Shown: positions 43,019-52,282 of the stretch, piece after piece
Layout of the letters: every line of letters begins with the position of its first letter
How positions within the stretch are numbered: position 1 is the stretch's first letter
DNA from: Nannocystis radixulma
Lineage (GTDB): Bacteria; Myxococcota_A; Polyangia; Nannocystales; Nannocystaceae
Assembly: GCF_028369095.1 (NCBI RefSeq)
Contig: NZ_JAQNDN010000024.1
Location: 409,350 to 473,349 of the forward strand
Length of the DNA: 64,000 nucleotides
Direction of reading: 5' to 3'
Position numbers and translations under genes: made by a program
The notes under the pieces: model-generated
What the model was told of the DNA's origin: nothing
The model's database searches: none
Seen by the model: the letters and a program-made list of their open reading frames with translations, nothing else

Positions 43019-44725
43019 CCACGAGGTGGCGACGGCGGAGCGGCACTGCCAGTTGAAGCTGCGCATGTGCGGGACCTCGCCGAAGTCGGCCAGGCCCTGG
43101 GCGAGGTCCTCGGCGGTCTGCTTGAGCTCGGGGTCGCTCGATCCGTCGTGGTAGTAGGCGAGGGCGACGACGTAGGCGCTCTCGCCCCAGTGCTCGTCGT
43201 AGTCGTCGACGGCGCCGTTGCCGTCGCCGACGCCCATCCAGTAGAACGGCTTGCCGTCGGCGTCGAGGCCGTCGCGGGCGACGACGCGGCCGAGCTTGAC
43301 GAGCGAGGTGCGGGCGGCGTCGGCCATGGCGCCCTCGGAGTCGCTGGCGAACTGATCGAGGCCGTCGGCCAGGATGGCGCTGAGCCACGGCGAGCAGCCC
43401 CAGAAGCCGAAGTCCTCGTCGGCGGCGGTGTCGGTGTGGGCGAAGCAGCGGGCGTCGGGATCGTCGTAGCCGGGCGGGTAGCTGTCCTGCACGTCGATGT
43501 AGGCGGTGACGGCCGCCTCGGCGAGGCCGCGGAACTGGTCGGCCTGATCGTCGGAGACGTTCATCGCCCACACGTAGGCGAGCAGGCCGAAGCCGGCGTG
43601 GCGCTCGGTCCAGAAGCCGTCGCCGCCGTCGTAGCCGGGGTTCCACAGCGCGTCGTAAGCCTCGGCGACGTCCTCGGCGCTCTCGCGGAAGCGGTCGTCG
43701 CCGGTCATGAGGTAATGGAGCGCCATGTTCTGCGTATAATAGTACTTGGCGTCGCCGGTCTTGCCGGGCACGCCGATCTCGGTGTCGGGGCCCTGGCCGG
43801 ACAGGCCGTTGCGGTAGATCGTGGTCTCGAGATAGGCCGAGCGCAGGGTCCCGAGGTCGCCGCGGCGGGCGTGGCCGCGGTAGAGGATCGTGCCGCGATC
43901 GTACAACCAGACGTCGGCCTGGCCCATGACGCCGAGGAAGGCCTCGTGATCCCATTCGTCATAGTCGCACTTGTCGGCCCACGCCTGCGCGGGCGTGCCC
44001 TGGGCGGCGGTCTCGGTGTCGAGCGGACCGGCGAACCTGCTGGCGGTGAGCCACTCGGCGGGCAGCACGGCCCACACGCGCGGGCCGTTGTCGTCGTCGA
44101 CGAGGGTGTCGGCGACGGGCACGGCGTCGATCGTGCCGGCCGTCGGCGCGGTGTTGAGGTTGACGTCGAGGTCGGTCTCGCCGGCGAGCTCGAGGTCGAC
44201 CTGGATCTGCACGCTGCGCCAGCTGCCGTCGGGGTGACGCGCCAGGCCGCGTAAAGCGGTAGCGACCTCGGCGCCGGCATGGACGACCTGGATCTGGGTG
44301 TCGTCGGCGAGCACGCCGGGCGCCAGCGGAACGGCGAAGTTGACGCGCTGCTGGCCGTTCACGCCCGGCTGCGGGACCAGGTGGACGACGACGGTGGTGG
44401 CCTGCCCGCCGGTGGTGCTGTCGGTGGACGGATCGGTGCCGGCCGTTTCCGTGGTGGTGGTGGTGGCCGTGTCGGTCGTGGTGTCGGGCCCGTCGGTCGG
44501 GTTCGAGGTCGGACCGTCGGTGGTGTCGGGCGGCTCGCCGGTGGTCGACGAGGTCGGTGCAGGCTCGTCGGTGGCCACGCTGGTCGGCGCGGCGCTGGTC
44601 GGGCCGGGCTCGGTGGCGCCGTCGGTGTCGCTGCCGCTGACGGTGGTGTCGCCCGAATCGCCGGGACAGGCGGTGCAGGCCCACAGCGCCGCGACCAACA
44701 TGCTTCGAGATCGCTGAACTTGCAT
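43004..44725 (-). CDS. Secreted lipoprotein with a Thr/Pro-rich linker and a large C-terminal domain of unknown function
   Basis: LWACTACPGDSG lipobox, 120-aa linker and an acidic, Trp/Tyr-rich globular domain. Confidence 0.6.
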   Translation of the reverse strand: MQVQRSRSMLVAALWACTACPGDSGDTTVSGSDTDGATEPGPTSAAPTSVATDEPAPTSSTTGEPPDTTDGPTSNPTDGPDTTTDTATTTTTETAGTDPSTDSTTGGQATTVVVHLVPQPGVNGQQRVNFAVPLAPGVLADDTQIQVVHAGAEVATALRGLARHPDGSWRSVQIQVDLELAGETDLDVNLNTAPTAGTIDAVPVADTLVDDDNGPRVWAVLPAEWLTASRFAGPLDTETAAQGTPAQAWADKCDYDEWDHEAFLGVMGQADVWLYDRGTILYRGHARRGDLGTLRSAYLETTIYRNGLSGQGPDTEIGVPGKTGDAKYYYTQNMALHYLMTGDDRFRESAEDVAEAYDALWNPGYDGGDGFWTERHAGFGLLAYVWAMNVSDDQADQFRGLAEAAVTAYIDVQDSYPPGYDDPDARCFAHTDTAADEDFGFWGCSPWLSAILADGLDQFASDSEGAMADAARTSLVKLGRVVARDGLDADGKPFYWMGVGDGNGAVDDYDEHWGESAYVVALAYYHDGSSDPELKQTAEDLAQGLADFGEVPHMRSFNWQCRSAVATSWFLSQ

Positions 44726-45413
44726 GATTCTTTTTATTAAACTCCGGGCGGTACCGTAGCGGATCGCGTGGTGGCCTGCGCGGGGTTACCGGCCCCCCGC
44801 GGCGCGGGGATGCGCGAGATGGCGAGCACGAGCGCGCGCTAGCGACAGTGCCCTCATCACGGGACGACCGGGGGACCGCGGAGAAGTGAAGCACGAGATC
44901 GAAGGCCTGGGCCGGACTGAGGCGCGCCCAGTGGACGGTCCAGAGCGGCCAGCGGCCGTGCGACGGGCGCTACCCGACGCCGAGCTGGCGGGTCGTGATC
45001 GCCGCCGCGCACGTATGCGTCGAGCTCGGCGAGCCAAATCGTAGGAGGCCTCGAACAGGACGGTGAGCTGTGCGGCCGCAGTTCGTGGACGCCGTGGCCG
45101 CTCTCGGGAGACCGAGGAGCGCAGCGGGCGCGACGGGGTCGCACACGGCGGCCATGGCGGCGATCGTCGTCGGGGACGGCGTCGTCGGCGATCCACGCGG
45201 CGATCTGCCCGCGCGCCGGCTGCCACGGCCGCTCGGCGGCGGTCCACGGCGAGCAGGCGAGCAACAGTGATATGCACGAACAGAGCCGGCGAGACGGCGA
45301 CATTGGGGGGTCGGAGGTACAGCGCGAGCCCGCGATGATTCTCGCGAATGATGTGCGTCGGATCGCAGCGGCGCCGGCTGGTCGGCGAGGCGGCGGCGGT
45401 CTACGGTCGGTCC

Positions 45414-46046
45414 ATGAAGCTCCACGGATTTTGGCGCAGCACGGCGACCTGGCGGGTCCGGATCGCGCTGGCGTACAAGGGCCTCGACCACGAGTACGTC
45501 GCGGTCGATCTGCTGACCGACGGCGGCGCGCAACATTCGCCGGAGCACCGGCGCCTGAACCCGATGGCGCAGGTGCCGGTGCTCGAGGTCGAGGACGGGC
45601 AGCCCTTGACGCAGTCGATAGCGATCCTCGAATACCTGGAGGAGCGCCATCCGTCGCCGCCGCTGCTGCCGACCGATCCGCTGCAGCGGGCGCGGGTGCG
45701 GCAATTGACGGAGGTGATCAATGCGGGGATCCAGCCGCTGCAGAACACGGGGATCCAGCGGCACCTCGATGCGCTGGGGGTCGACTCGGCGGCGTGGATC
45801 CGCCATTTCGTCGGCAAGGGCCTGGTGGCCCTGGAGGCGATGACGCGCCCGCTGGCCGGCCACTTCTCGGTGGGCGACGCGCTGTCGTTCGCCGATCTGA
45901 CGCTGGTGCCCGAATTGGCGTTCGCGCGCCGCTTCGGGGTCGACCTCTCGGAGCTGCCGACGCTGCTGCAGATCGAGGCGAACTGCGCGGAGCTCGAATG
46001 TTTTAAAAGGGGTCACGCAGAGATGCAGCCGGACGCGCCGCGCTGA
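45414..46046 (+). CDS. maiA: Zeta-class glutathione S-transferase / maleylacetoacetate (maleylpyruvate) isomerase
   Basis: MKLHGFWRSTATWRVRIALAYKG...QVPVLEV...SIAILEYLEE is the GST-zeta N-terminal signature. Confidence 0.8.
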   Translation: MKLHGFWRSTATWRVRIALAYKGLDHEYVAVDLLTDGGAQHSPEHRRLNPMAQVPVLEVEDGQPLTQSIAILEYLEERHPSPPLLPTDPLQRARVRQLTEVINAGIQPLQNTGIQRHLDALGVDSAAWIRHFVGKGLVALEAMTRPLAGHFSVGDALSFADLTLVPELAFARRFGVDLSELPTLLQIEANCAELECFKRGHAEMQPDAPR

Positions 46047-46064
46047 TTTTGTGACCGCGACGGG

Positions 46065-46943
46065 TCAAGGCACGGACAGGTGCTCGGCGAGCACGTCGAA
46101 CACCACGCGGATCCGGCGGGCGGTCCGCAGCTCGCGGTGGGTGACCAGCCAGATCGGGAACCGCACGGGGGCCAGCGTTTCGAGCACGCGCACCACTCCT
46201 GGGGTCAGGCGAGCGACGTCGTCCATCATCGCGCCGATGCCGAGCCCCTGGCGTACCAGTTCCCAGGCGGTCACCGTGTTCTCCGAGTACAGCGGGAAGT
46301 GGGCGGTCGTCAGCGGGAGGCCGATGGCGCGGAGGTATTCGAGGTAGCGGCCAGACCGGTCGACGCCGATGAATTCGTGCGCGGCGACCTCGTCGGCGGT
46401 GCGGGGGTGGCCGTGCGCGGCGACCCAGGACTCGGAGGCATAGAAGCTGGCCGTGGTCTCGCGGAGCAGCCGCCCGATCAGATCGGGCTGGTCGGGGTTC
46501 ACGTGGCGAACCGCGATGTCGGACTCGCGCCGGCGAAGATCGCTGAGGGCGTTCGAGGAGACGACCTCGACGACGATCCGGGGGGCGAGCTGACGAATGC
46601 GGTGGATGGCGCGCGGCAGGAGGTAGGCCGCGACGGCGTCGCTCGCCGAGATCGAGACCATGCCCTCGACCGCCTGCGAGCGCCCGGTGGCGACCAGGGC
46701 CAGCTCCTCGGCCGCGCTGCCCATGGTGCGGGCGTGTTCGAGCAATTCCAGGCCCGTGGAGGTCAGCTGCATGGCCTTGCCGACGCGCTCGAACAGGGTC
46801 ACCCCCAGCCGCTGCTCGATGGCGGCCACCTGGCGACTCAGGGTCGGCTGCGTCAGGCCCAACTTGCGCGCGGCGGCCGAGAGCGACCCCGTCTCGGCCG
46901 TCTCGAGGAAGGCGCGCAGCTGGTTCCAGTCGAGGTGATCCAT
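46065..46943 (-). CDS. LysR-family transcriptional regulator
   Basis: DWNQLRAFLETAETGSLSAAARKLGLTQPTLSRQVAAIEQRLG HTH and a LysR substrate-binding domain; divergent from a methyltransferase gene. Confidence 0.85.
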   Translation of the reverse strand: MDHLDWNQLRAFLETAETGSLSAAARKLGLTQPTLSRQVAAIEQRLGVTLFERVGKAMQLTSTGLELLEHARTMGSAAEELALVATGRSQAVEGMVSISASDAVAAYLLPRAIHRIRQLAPRIVVEVVSSNALSDLRRRESDIAVRHVNPDQPDLIGRLLRETTASFYASESWVAAHGHPRTADEVAAHEFIGVDRSGRYLEYLRAIGLPLTTAHFPLYSENTVTAWELVRQGLGIGAMMDDVARLTPGVVRVLETLAPVRFPIWLVTHRELRTARRIRVVFDVLAEHLSVP

Positions 46944-47036
46944 ACGCAGATGCATGAGGGGGCTGCAAAATACCGCACTTTCTCTCGCGCCCTGCATGGG
47001 TAGGATCCCAAGACGCCTCCGCGAGGCGCCTCCACC

Positions 47037-47738
47037 ATGACCTCAGGGACTCGCCACACCCGTGCTTCTTCTTCCCCCACCGCGACGGCCGACCGCCCGG
47101 CGGCAGCCAAGGCCCGCTTCTGGGACAAGATCGCCCGCAAGTACGCCGCCGATCCCGTCACGGACATGGCGGGCTACGAGACGACGCTGGCCCGCGCGCG
47201 GGCGCTGATCGCCCCGACGCACCGGGTGCTCGAGATCGGCTGCGGCACGGGCACGACCGCCCTGCGCCTGGGGCCCTGCTACGGGCACCTCGTGGCCACC
47301 GACGTGTCCGCGGAGATGATCGCCATCGCCCGCGAGAAGCTCGCCGCGGCGCCGCAGCCCAACCTCGAGTTCCAGGTCGTCGACGCCGATGCCCTCGCGT
47401 TCGGTCAGGCCAGCCACGACGTGGTGCTGGCGTTCAACGTGCTGCACCTGGTGTCGGACCTCGACGCGGCTCTGACCTCGGTCGAGAACACCCTCGCGCC
47501 CGGCGGGCTCTTCATCTCCAAGACGCCCTGCATCGCCGACATGAACCCGCTCCTCGGCAAGGTGCTCTTGCCGGTGATGCGCCTGGTCGGCAAGGCGCCG
47601 CCCGTGCTGTGCTTTCGCGCGCCCGACCTGCAAGCGGCCCTGACGCGACACGGGCTGGAGATCGTCGCGGTCGAGTACCACGGCACCAAGGGCAAGGACC
47701 TCCGACCGTTCATCGTGGCGCGCAAGCGGGGCTCATGA
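47037..47738 (+). CDS. Class I SAM-dependent methyltransferase (small-molecule type)
   Basis: VLEIGCGTGTTALRL (motif I), DVVLAFNVLHLV (motif II/III). Confidence 0.8.
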   Translation: MTSGTRHTRASSSPTATADRPAAAKARFWDKIARKYAADPVTDMAGYETTLARARALIAPTHRVLEIGCGTGTTALRLGPCYGHLVATDVSAEMIAIAREKLAAAPQPNLEFQVVDADALAFGQASHDVVLAFNVLHLVSDLDAALTSVENTLAPGGLFISKTPCIADMNPLLGKVLLPVMRLVGKAPPVLCFRAPDLQAALTRHGLEIVAVEYHGTKGKDLRPFIVARKRGS

Positions 47739-47772
47739 AGATGTCCTTGGGGACATGTGTGTACATTGCGCG
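47737..47772. repeat. Palindromic repeat units (2-3) between the convergent methyltransferase and TetR gene ends
   Basis: gaagATGTCCttgg-GGACATGTGTgtACATTGcg; centres at 47741 and 47755. Confidence 0.55.
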
Positions 47773-47787
47773 CCGGCGCGGCCGTGA

Positions 47788-48573
47788 TCACCGCTGCGCG
47801 TGGAGCCGGCGGTCGACGAGGGCGGCGACGCCGTCGAGGACGATCTGCAGGCCGAACTCGAGGCCGTCGTCCTCGCCGGGAGCGGCGAGGCGCCCGGCGA
47901 CGGTGGCCTGCAGGGCGGGGAAGCGGGCCGGGTCGCGCTGGACGAGGGCGGCGGTGGCGGCGGTCCACTGCGGGCCGGTGAGGCACCGGCCACGATCGCC
48001 GGGGACGCTGAACTGGGCGGCGCTGCGCACGTGGCCGAGGACGGCGATGAGGACGCGGTGGCGCTCGGCAGCGGACAGGCCGGTGTCGGCGAGGGCGGCG
48101 AGGGCGACGTCGGCCCACGCGAGCTCGTTGGGGCCCATGACGCGCAGGCGGTTGGTGGCGGCGAGCGACCACGGGTGGCGATGGAAGACGTCCCACAGGG
48201 CGCGCGCCCAGGCGTGCAGGCGCGGGCGCCAGCCGCCGGCGATCGCCGCGAGGGTCGGCGGCGCTCCGAGGCCGGTGTCGATCATGAGGTCGACGAGCTC
48301 GTCCTTGCCGGGGACGTGGCGGTAGAGCGCCATCGGCGTGAAGCCGAACTCGCCGGCGACCCGCTGCATCGACACGGCCGCGAGCCCCTCGACGTCGGCG
48401 ATGGCGATGGCGGCGCGGGCGATGCCCTCGACGCTCAGGCCGGGCCGCGGGCCGCGGCTCGGTCGGGCCCGCTCGCCCCACAGCAGCTCGACGCTGCGCG
48501 CCTGCTCGCCGAACGGGTCGGGCCGCCGGCGCGGCCGGGCGGCGGTCTTGCGGGGACGTGGGTTGACGGCCAT
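47788..48573 (-). CDS. TetR-family transcriptional regulator
   Basis: IARAAIAIADVEGLAAVSMQRVAGEFGFTPMALYRHV HTH. Real start MAVNPRPRK is inside the artefactual long ORF 47788..49653. Confidence 0.8.
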   Translation of the reverse strand: MAVNPRPRKTAARPRRRPDPFGEQARSVELLWGERARPSRGPRPGLSVEGIARAAIAIADVEGLAAVSMQRVAGEFGFTPMALYRHVPGKDELVDLMIDTGLGAPPTLAAIAGGWRPRLHAWARALWDVFHRHPWSLAATNRLRVMGPNELAWADVALAALADTGLSAAERHRVLIAVLGHVRSAAQFSVPGDRGRCLTGPQWTAATAALVQRDPARFPALQATVAGRLAAPGEDDGLEFGLQIVLDGVAALVDRRLHAQR

Positions 48574-48579
48574 ACGGTT

Positions 48580-48621
48580 ACTGTGTATCTCATAAACAAA
48601 ACTGTGTAGGAGATACACAGT
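48580..48621. promoter_or_regulatory. TetR operator: nested palindromes ACTGTGTATCTC...GAGATACACAGT (12-bp arms) and ACTGTGTA-ggaga-TACACAGT
   Basis: Perfect inverted repeats in the locally AT-rich divergent region between the TetR gene (start 48573) and the hydrolase gene (start 48637). Confidence 0.7.
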
Positions 48622-48636
48622 CGAGCGGAGGCACAC

Positions 48637-49968
48637 ATGATCGGGAGCATCCTCGCCGGCGCGGCCGGCGTGACGGCGGCGACGGTGAGCGCGGGGCTGG
48701 TGTGGCGGCGGCAGGCGCAGCGAGAGGTGGCGCGCGGGCTGGCGATCGCGTCGCCGCAGGCGATCGTCGAGGAGCAGTTCGTGCGGATCGGGGGCATCGA
48801 GCAGTGGATCGGGATCCGCGGCGAGGACCGGCGCAACCCGGCGCTGCTGGTGCTGCACGGCGGGCCGGGGGCGCCGTTCTCGATGTTCACGCCGGCGATG
48901 CGGGCGTGGGAGCGCGAATTCACGATCGTGCAGTGGGACCAGCGCGGGGCCGGCAAGACGCTGGGTCGCAACGGCAAGGCCGGGTGCGGACCGCTGAGCT
49001 TCGCGCGCCTGGTGGCCGACGCGATCGAGGTGGCCGAGTGGACGCGCGCGCACCTGCAGCCGGCGCCGCTGGTGCTGCTGGCGGGCTCGATGGGCAACCT
49101 GATCGGGGCGCCGCTGGCCCGCCGCCGGCCCGACCTGTTCGCGGCCTACGTGGCGACCGACTTCGGGGTCGACGGGCGCAACGAGGTGCTGTCGTACGAG
49201 GTGACGCTGCAGCGCCTGCGCGCGGCCGGCGAGGCCCGCGGGGTGCGGGAGCTCGAGGCGATCGGGGCCGACCCGTCGCGCTGGGACCTGCGCGCGTGGC
49301 AGTGCAAGCAGCGGTGGATCCTGCGCACCGATCCGCGCATGCGAGAGGTGGGGCGGTCGCTGCTGATGCGATCGATCCTGACGGCGCCGGGCTACAGCCT
49401 CCGCGACATCCGCGATCTGCAGGCCGGGATGACGTACTCGGCCGAGCAGCTGTTCGCCGAGTTCATGCGTCACGACGCGCGTCGCGAGGGGACGCGCTTC
49501 GAGTTGCCGTTCTTCCTGTTCCAGGGCGACGACGACGTGTTCACGGCGACGGCACCGGCGCAGGAGTTTTTCGCCGACGTGCAGGCGCCGCACAAGGAAT
49601 TCGCGCTGATCCGCGACGCGGGCCACTTCGCGGCGTTCACCCGGTCCGAGCAATTTTTACAGGAGCTGTGCATCCGCGTGCTGCCGCGAGTGACGGGCGC
49701 TCACGGGAGCAGGCGGACGGTCGTGGAGTCGCTGGCGGCGGTCGAGAGCGGTGTGTGCATTCGCCTCGACGACGGCCGGGTACTCGAGGGCGCGATCGTC
49801 GAGGTCGAGGGCGACAGGGTGGTGTTCGAACACAGGCCGAGCCCGTTCCACGCGCAGGCGCGAGGGACCGAGGCGATGGCGCCGCCGCCGGAGTCGATCG
49901 CGATCCGGTCGATCGCGGGGTACGTGGATCCGCAAGGGCGGTGGCGGGCGCTGCCGATCGCCGATTGA
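48637..49968 (+). CDS. Alpha/beta-fold hydrolase (proline iminopeptidase/epoxide hydrolase-like), probably TetR-regulated
   Basis: LVLHGGPGAPF oxyanion region and the nucleophile elbow LAGSMGNLIG. Confidence 0.75.
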   Translation: MIGSILAGAAGVTAATVSAGLVWRRQAQREVARGLAIASPQAIVEEQFVRIGGIEQWIGIRGEDRRNPALLVLHGGPGAPFSMFTPAMRAWEREFTIVQWDQRGAGKTLGRNGKAGCGPLSFARLVADAIEVAEWTRAHLQPAPLVLLAGSMGNLIGAPLARRRPDLFAAYVATDFGVDGRNEVLSYEVTLQRLRAAGEARGVRELEAIGADPSRWDLRAWQCKQRWILRTDPRMREVGRSLLMRSILTAPGYSLRDIRDLQAGMTYSAEQLFAEFMRHDARREGTRFELPFFLFQGDDDVFTATAPAQEFFADVQAPHKEFALIRDAGHFAAFTRSEQFLQELCIRVLPRVTGAHGSRRTVVESLAAVESGVCIRLDDGRVLEGAIVEVEGDRVVFEHRPSPFHAQARGTEAMAPPPESIAIRSIAGYVDPQGRWRALPIAD

Positions 49969-49995
49969 ATGGACGGCGACCGTGCTCGCGGAATT

Positions 49996-50298
49996 CTATG
50001 TGCGGGGCGTGGCCGCGAGCCGGCGAATGCTGGCGATGCCGGCCTCCATGCGTGTGCGCGCGGCGGTGTTGGCGGAGTGGACGGTGATCGCGGGCGGGAC
50101 GAAGCTGCGGGTGGCGACGGCCTCCTCGATCCACAGGACGACGTCGTAGCCGGTGCCGCGCGCGTCGTCGCCGAGGTCGTGGTCGAGGCTGAGATCGGTG
50201 ACCTGGCAGGTCGCCAGCAGAGCGATGACCTCGTCGGGCCAGCGGACCAGGCGCCAGCCGGGCGGGGCAGGGCGTTCGTCGTCGAGGAAGAGCTTCAT
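49996..50298 (-). CDS. Small protein (100 aa) resembling the cREC-REC 'cyclic-phosphate processing receiver' domain family
   Basis: MKLFLDDERPAPPGWRLVRWPDEVIALL...SLDHDLG...VHSANTAAR pattern; the family assignment is from memory and not certain. Confidence 0.45.
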   Translation of the reverse strand: MKLFLDDERPAPPGWRLVRWPDEVIALLATCQVTDLSLDHDLGDDARGTGYDVVLWIEEAVATRSFVPPAITVHSANTAARTRMEAGIASIRRLAATPRT

Positions 50299-50315
50299 CG
50301 CGTCGGGACGAGGTC

Positions 50316-51470
50316 TCAAGGGACGGCGGCGAGGTCGTGGCGGACGCTGAGGTGGATCAGGGTCTCCGACCATGGGACGACCTCGATCTGCTCCGGCGCG
50401 GCGCCGCAGGCGAGCAATGCGTCGCGCAGGGTGAGCGGGGCGCGTTCGTGATCGATGGCGCGGTCGCTGGCGTTGATGGTGAAGACGAGCCCCGGGCGTC
50501 CGAGCAGGCCGGGGCGGCGGAAGGTGCCGCGGACGGTGCGGCACAGTGCTCGCGCGTTCTTCGGGTCGAACGTGCCGTCCCACCGGAGGGGGTTCGTGAG
50601 CGAGTAGCGAACCTGCGGCGTGGTGCCGGCGGCCCGCGCCAGCGCGGCGAGTGGCTGCATGTCGGCGCCGAAACGGGCTCGCACGGCGTCCTCGAGCGGG
50701 CCCTCGGGCAGCGGCAGGCGGTAGATCAGCTCGGCGCTGGAGAGGCTGTCCGGTCGCACGAGGACGACGATCTCGAGCGGGCCTTCGCTGCGCGGCCACA
50801 GCAGCCATTGTCGACAGCGCTCGCCTGGGCCGTCGCAGTAGGGGGCTGCGATCCAGCGGCGCAACGCCTCGGCCCCGGGGCTGACGCGGGCGTAGTCGTC
50901 GGCGCCGGGCTCGATCACCTCGGTGTACGCGGGCGTGCCGACGTTGCGGAGGAGCGGCACGCCGCCGAGCGTGGCCATGCTGAGGGTCACGCGCCCGAAC
51001 AGCTCGAGCAGGGGGAAGCGAGTCTTGAGCTCGAGGACGTAGCGGGGCTCGGCGGCGTGCGCGACGGTGCGGGTCTCCGGCAACGCCTCGCGCGTGCGGC
51101 GCGCGAGCGCGGCGATCGAGGTGTCGACCGGCGCGAGCGGGCGACCGTCGCGTCGCGGCTCGAGCGTCACGCGGTAGTTGGGGAGGGTGACCTGGTGGCT
51201 GTCGTGGATCGCCCGCACGAGCACGACGTCGTCGAGGTCGAGCGGGTTGCCGGGGAGCTGCGCGCGCAGCTCGGCGGCGGGGACGGCCTGGAGGTGGAGC
51301 GCGGGCTCGAGGTCGACGGCGAGCTGCGCCAGCACGGCGCCGCCGTCGAGGTCCCCCTCCCGGACGCCCGCGAAGGCCTCGGGGTAGTGGCGCCCGGCCA
51401 ACAGACGCCGCTGCGACGGGGCGCAGGCACACAGCGCGGCGGCGAACAGCAGCAGGGGGCGACGCATCAA
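50316..51470 (-). CDS. Hypothetical lipoprotein
   Basis: MMRRPLLLFAAALCACAPSQ lipobox and varied composition; preferred over the overlapping plus-strand Arg/Gly-rich ORF. Confidence 0.55.
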   Translation of the reverse strand: MMRRPLLLFAAALCACAPSQRRLLAGRHYPEAFAGVREGDLDGGAVLAQLAVDLEPALHLQAVPAAELRAQLPGNPLDLDDVVLVRAIHDSHQVTLPNYRVTLEPRRDGRPLAPVDTSIAALARRTREALPETRTVAHAAEPRYVLELKTRFPLLELFGRVTLSMATLGGVPLLRNVGTPAYTEVIEPGADDYARVSPGAEALRRWIAAPYCDGPGERCRQWLLWPRSEGPLEIVVLVRPDSLSSAELIYRLPLPEGPLEDAVRARFGADMQPLAALARAAGTTPQVRYSLTNPLRWDGTFDPKNARALCRTVRGTFRRPGLLGRPGLVFTINASDRAIDHERAPLTLRDALLACGAAPEQIEVVPWSETLIHLSVRHDLAAVP

Positions 51471-52204
51471 TAGACCTTCGGCAGGAGGAACCCGAGGTAG
51501 AGGGTGATGTGAATGGTGTGGACCGTGGCGCCGGGGAGGAACAGGGCCTGATAGGCGAGCTCGATGCCGCCGCCGTTCGGGTTGATCTTCTCGACGAGCA
51601 GGCCGGCGCGCAGGCCGAGGGCCCGCTGGCCGCTGTACGAGCCGGCGACGAAGCGCGGCACGACGGCGATGCCGATGCCCCCGTCGCTGCCTCCGAGCCC
51701 GAGGCCGGCGTTGAAGAGGTAACCGCGGGTGTCCCGGGGGCCGGCGCTGAGGCTGAAGCCGAGCTCGGGGAACAGGGTGAAGCGCGGGTGTCGACGCGAG
51801 GCCGGGATCCGGCCGATGGCGAGCACGTCGAGGGCGAAGGCGGCGCGCGCGGGCATGGGCCCGGCGAGGCGTCCGTCGACGCCGACGCCGACGCGCGCGC
51901 CGAGGCGCGGGCGCTCGCGGTGGCTGAGGTAATAGCCCGGCGAACGGCCACGCTCGCGGTGATCCTCGTGCTGCAGCGGCGGCGGCTCGGGCAGCGGCGG
52001 CGGGCCGGGGAGCTGCGTCGATTCCGTCGGCGGCGCCGAGGCGAGGGCGAAGAGGAGCGCGAGCACGGCGGCGGGCGCGACACTAGCATGCCAGGCCGGG
52101 GGGAGGCGACCGGCGTGCTGGTGCGAAGCCGGAGCGTCGTGGTCCGAATGCGCGCGCGCCCGCACTCCCCATGCAAATGGGCTCGCGGCCGCCCGCGTCG
52201 TCAA
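51467..52204 (-). CDS. Hypothetical secreted or outer-membrane protein (Gly-rich, beta-strand-like C-terminus); start uncertain
   Basis: Internal AAVLALLFALASA signal-like segment; 4-nt overlap with the downstream gene. Confidence 0.35.
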   Translation of the reverse strand: MTTRAAASPFAWGVRARAHSDHDAPASHQHAGRLPPAWHASVAPAAVLALLFALASAPPTESTQLPGPPPLPEPPPLQHEDHRERGRSPGYYLSHRERPRLGARVGVGVDGRLAGPMPARAAFALDVLAIGRIPASRRHPRFTLFPELGFSLSAGPRDTRGYLFNAGLGLGGSDGGIGIAVVPRFVAGSYSGQRALGLRAGLLVEKINPNGGGIELAYQALFLPGATVHTIHITLYLGFLLPKVY

Positions 52205-52282
52205 TCAGGGCGATCGGACAGCTTACGCAGGCGGCCGCGAGCGCCGCGGCGCACATGCCCGAACGGACAGGTGCGGCGCGCG

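Noticed and set aside
38748-43056. ORFs 38748..40526 (-), 40363..43056 (+, 897 aa) and 40523..41689 (-)
   Set aside because: Span several independently supported genes (SDR, GFA, NHL lipoprotein, hypotheticals) in wrong frames or on wrong strands, with Arg/Gly/Ala bias.
44726-45413. A 688-bp intergenic region with small ORFs 44786..45277 and 44857..45303 (the latter has a lipobox-like LLLACSP)
   Set aside because: Products are Arg/Pro-rich after the first 25 aa and overlap each other. There is no support beyond the N-terminal hydrophobic stretch. It may be a promoter or leader region for the flanking divergent genes.
47405-52176. ORFs 47405..48481 (-), the N-terminal extension of 47788..49653 (-), 48702..50087 (+) and 49996..52176 (-, 726 aa)
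   Set aside because: Only the C-terminal 261 aa of 47788..49653 (TetR) and the C-terminal 100 aa of 49996..52176 (cREC-like) look real. The rest is Arg/Pro read-through across the hydrolase and lipoprotein genes.
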